Assembly (NCBI GenBank): GCA_965223545.1
Contig: OZ245006.1
Location: 6,176,001 to 6,240,000 of the forward strand
Length of the DNA: 64,000 nucleotides
Direction of reading: 5' to 3'
From: Planctomycetota bacterium
Lineage (GTDB): Bacteria; Planctomycetota; UBA1135; UBA2386
Shown here: positions 62,573-64,000 of the stretch, in pieces
Layout: each line of letters opens with the position of its first letter
Position numbering within the stretch: position 1 is the first letter of the stretch
The notes under the pieces: model-generated
The model's input: only the letters and a program-made list of their open reading frames with translations
Told to the model about the DNA's origin: nothing
The model's database searches: none
Translations under genes and position numbers: made by a program

Positions 62573-64000
62573 CCGGGGCGCCAGAAGCGCCGCGGGGCAA
62601 CGCGATGCGCGCCGCGCCACCGTCGCGCAGTTCGGGATAGGGCGCATCTCGGTCGTCGAGGTAGCGCACGAGGCGGGCCGCCAGAACCGCCAAGCGCGAA
62701 GGTTCGGTGGACGCGAGGTCGCGGCGTTCGCCGAGGTCGGAGCGCAGGTCGTACAGCTCCCAGCGGCCTGGCTCGTAGAAGTAGATCGCCTTCCAACCGC
62801 CGGCGTTGATCGCGCTGTGCGGCTCGTATCCCCCCTCGGGGTGCGCGCTGCGGATGCCGTTGCTCCAGACGTGCGGGTAGTGAAAGACCAGGGGGCGCTG
62901 CGTCGCGGCGGGGTCCGGGGGCTTGCCGCCCAGCAGCTGCGTGAGGTCGCGGCCGTCGACCGGGTGCGTGGTGGGGGCTGTGAGACCGGCCCACGACAGA
63001 ACCGTGGGGAAGATGTCTTCGCTGATCACCGGGGCATCGCAGCGTGCTCCGGCGCGCACCGCCAGCCGTGCCTGCAACGGGTGGTCGGCGTTCTGCGCTC
63101 CCCACGCGATGACCATGGGCACGCGTGTGCCGCCCTCGTAGGCGGAGCCCTTGCCGGCGCGTAGCGGATGGTTGAAGGCTCCGGCGGGGATGCCGTCCGG
63201 CAGCGTGCCGCGGCCGTGTGCCGCGAGTCCACCGTTGTCCGACGCGTAGACGATCAGCGTGCGGTCGGCGATGCCACGCCGCTCGAGGTGCGCGATCAGC
63301 GCGCCGAGGCTGTGATCGACGCCCTCGATCATCGAAGCGTAGCGCGCTTCGGTCTCATCCAGACCGCGCTCGCGGTAGCCCGCGGCAAACGGGTCATGGG
63401 GCGCGAGTGGGACGTGGACGGCGTAGTGTGCCAAGTGCAGATAGAACGGTCGATCGGCGTCGATCGCCGCGTCGACCGAGCGCAGCGCCTCGGCCGTCGT
63501 CGCGTCGGTCAGGTGGACCGGCAAGCCGTGGTAGCGCTCCAGGCCGGGCACGGCCCAGGGCGGCTTGGCTGCGCCGAAGCCGTCGAGGCCGGAGTAGCTG
63601 CCCGGGCCCCCGGCGGCGTGACCACCGATGTTGACGTCGAAGCCGAGAGTGCGCGGATCGCTGCCGGCCGTGCCGTTGGCGCCCCAGTGCGCCTTGCCGG
63701 CGTGGATCGTCGTGTAGCCGGCGTCGCGCAACAGCGCGGGCAGCGTCACGTCCTCGGGTTGAAGTCCGTCGGTGCGCCAGGAAGACGGGCTGGAGAGGTG
63801 CTCGGTGCGGCCCGATGGGTCGCGGCCGGCGTGCAGGGTCCACTGCGTCACCCGATGCCGCGCCGGGTGCTGGCCCGTGAGCAGGCTGGTGCGGGTCGGC
63901 GAGCACACACAATGGGCGTGAGCGTTGCCGAACCGCATGCCGCGCGCGGCAAGCGCGGCGAGGTGCGGGGTGCGATAGCGCGCGTGGAGCGCGTTGGGCG
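62472..64000 (-). CDS. Sulfatase (formylglycine-dependent), 5' end outside window
   Basis: TPHLAALAARGMRF, CSPTRTSLLTG, GKAHWG, HYAVH, SDNGG, GKGSAYEGGTRVP, ELYDLRSDLGE. Confidence 0.93.
   Translation of the reverse strand, partial: PNALHARYRTPHLAALAARGMRFGNAHAHCVCSPTRTSLLTGQHPARHRVTQWTLHAGRDPSGRTEHLSSPSSWRTDGLQPEDVTLPALLRDAGYTTIHAGKAHWGANGTAGSDPRTLGFDVNIGGHAAGGPGSYSGLDGFGAAKPPWAVPGLERYHGLPVHLTDATTAEALRSVDAAIDADRPFYLHLAHYAVHVPLAPHDPFAAGYRERGLDETEARYASMIEGVDHSLGALIAHLERRGIADRTLIVYASDNGGLAAHGRGTLPDGIPAGAFNHPLRAGKGSAYEGGTRVPMVIAWGAQNADHPLQARLAVRAGARCDAPVISEDIFPTVLSWAGLTAPTTHPVDGRDLTQLLGGKPPDPAATQRPLVFHYPHVWSNGIRSAHPEGGYEPHSAINAGGWKAIYFYEPGRWELYDLRSDLGERRDLASTEPSRLAVLAARLVRYLDDRDAPYPELRDGGAARIALPRGASGAPVTPTRNAARERRRSLRSAEAPRPARTRTFPTRG

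Overview
GC-rich bacterial chromosomal window, gene-dense, with no rRNA, tRNA, CRISPR array or transposase that I can support. The style of the secreted proteins (FG-GAP, lamin-tail and SBBP-like proteins sharing a C-terminal module) suggests a Planctomycetota-type diderm; this is inference only. Main content: (1) a Pel-type exopolysaccharide locus at 8.8-22.7 kb (pelA deacetylase, pelB, pelD, pelE, pelF, pelG, plus a divergent stand-alone hydrolase, and no pelC); (2) a multiheme cytochrome locus at 36.3-47.5 kb that looks like a complete extracellular electron transfer conduit (ImcH/NapC-like membrane cytochrome, beta-barrel porin, 13-heme cytochrome and two MtrC/OmcA-like decaheme lipoproteins; 39 heme-binding motifs); (3) a TlpA/thioredoxin-like gene split by an in-frame UGA in a W-U-G-P-C motif and followed by a SECIS-like hairpin, i.e. 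a probable selenoprotein; (4) a divergent citrate synthase / HTH-citrate synthase pair with a palindromic operator candidate; (5) an 81-bp intergenic repeat present twice, each copy 2 nt after a stop codon; (6) a compositionally different block of unknown genes at about 52.3-58.8 kb with a gene remnant. Product calls come from motif recognition only; many start codons were re-picked by eye from the ORF track.
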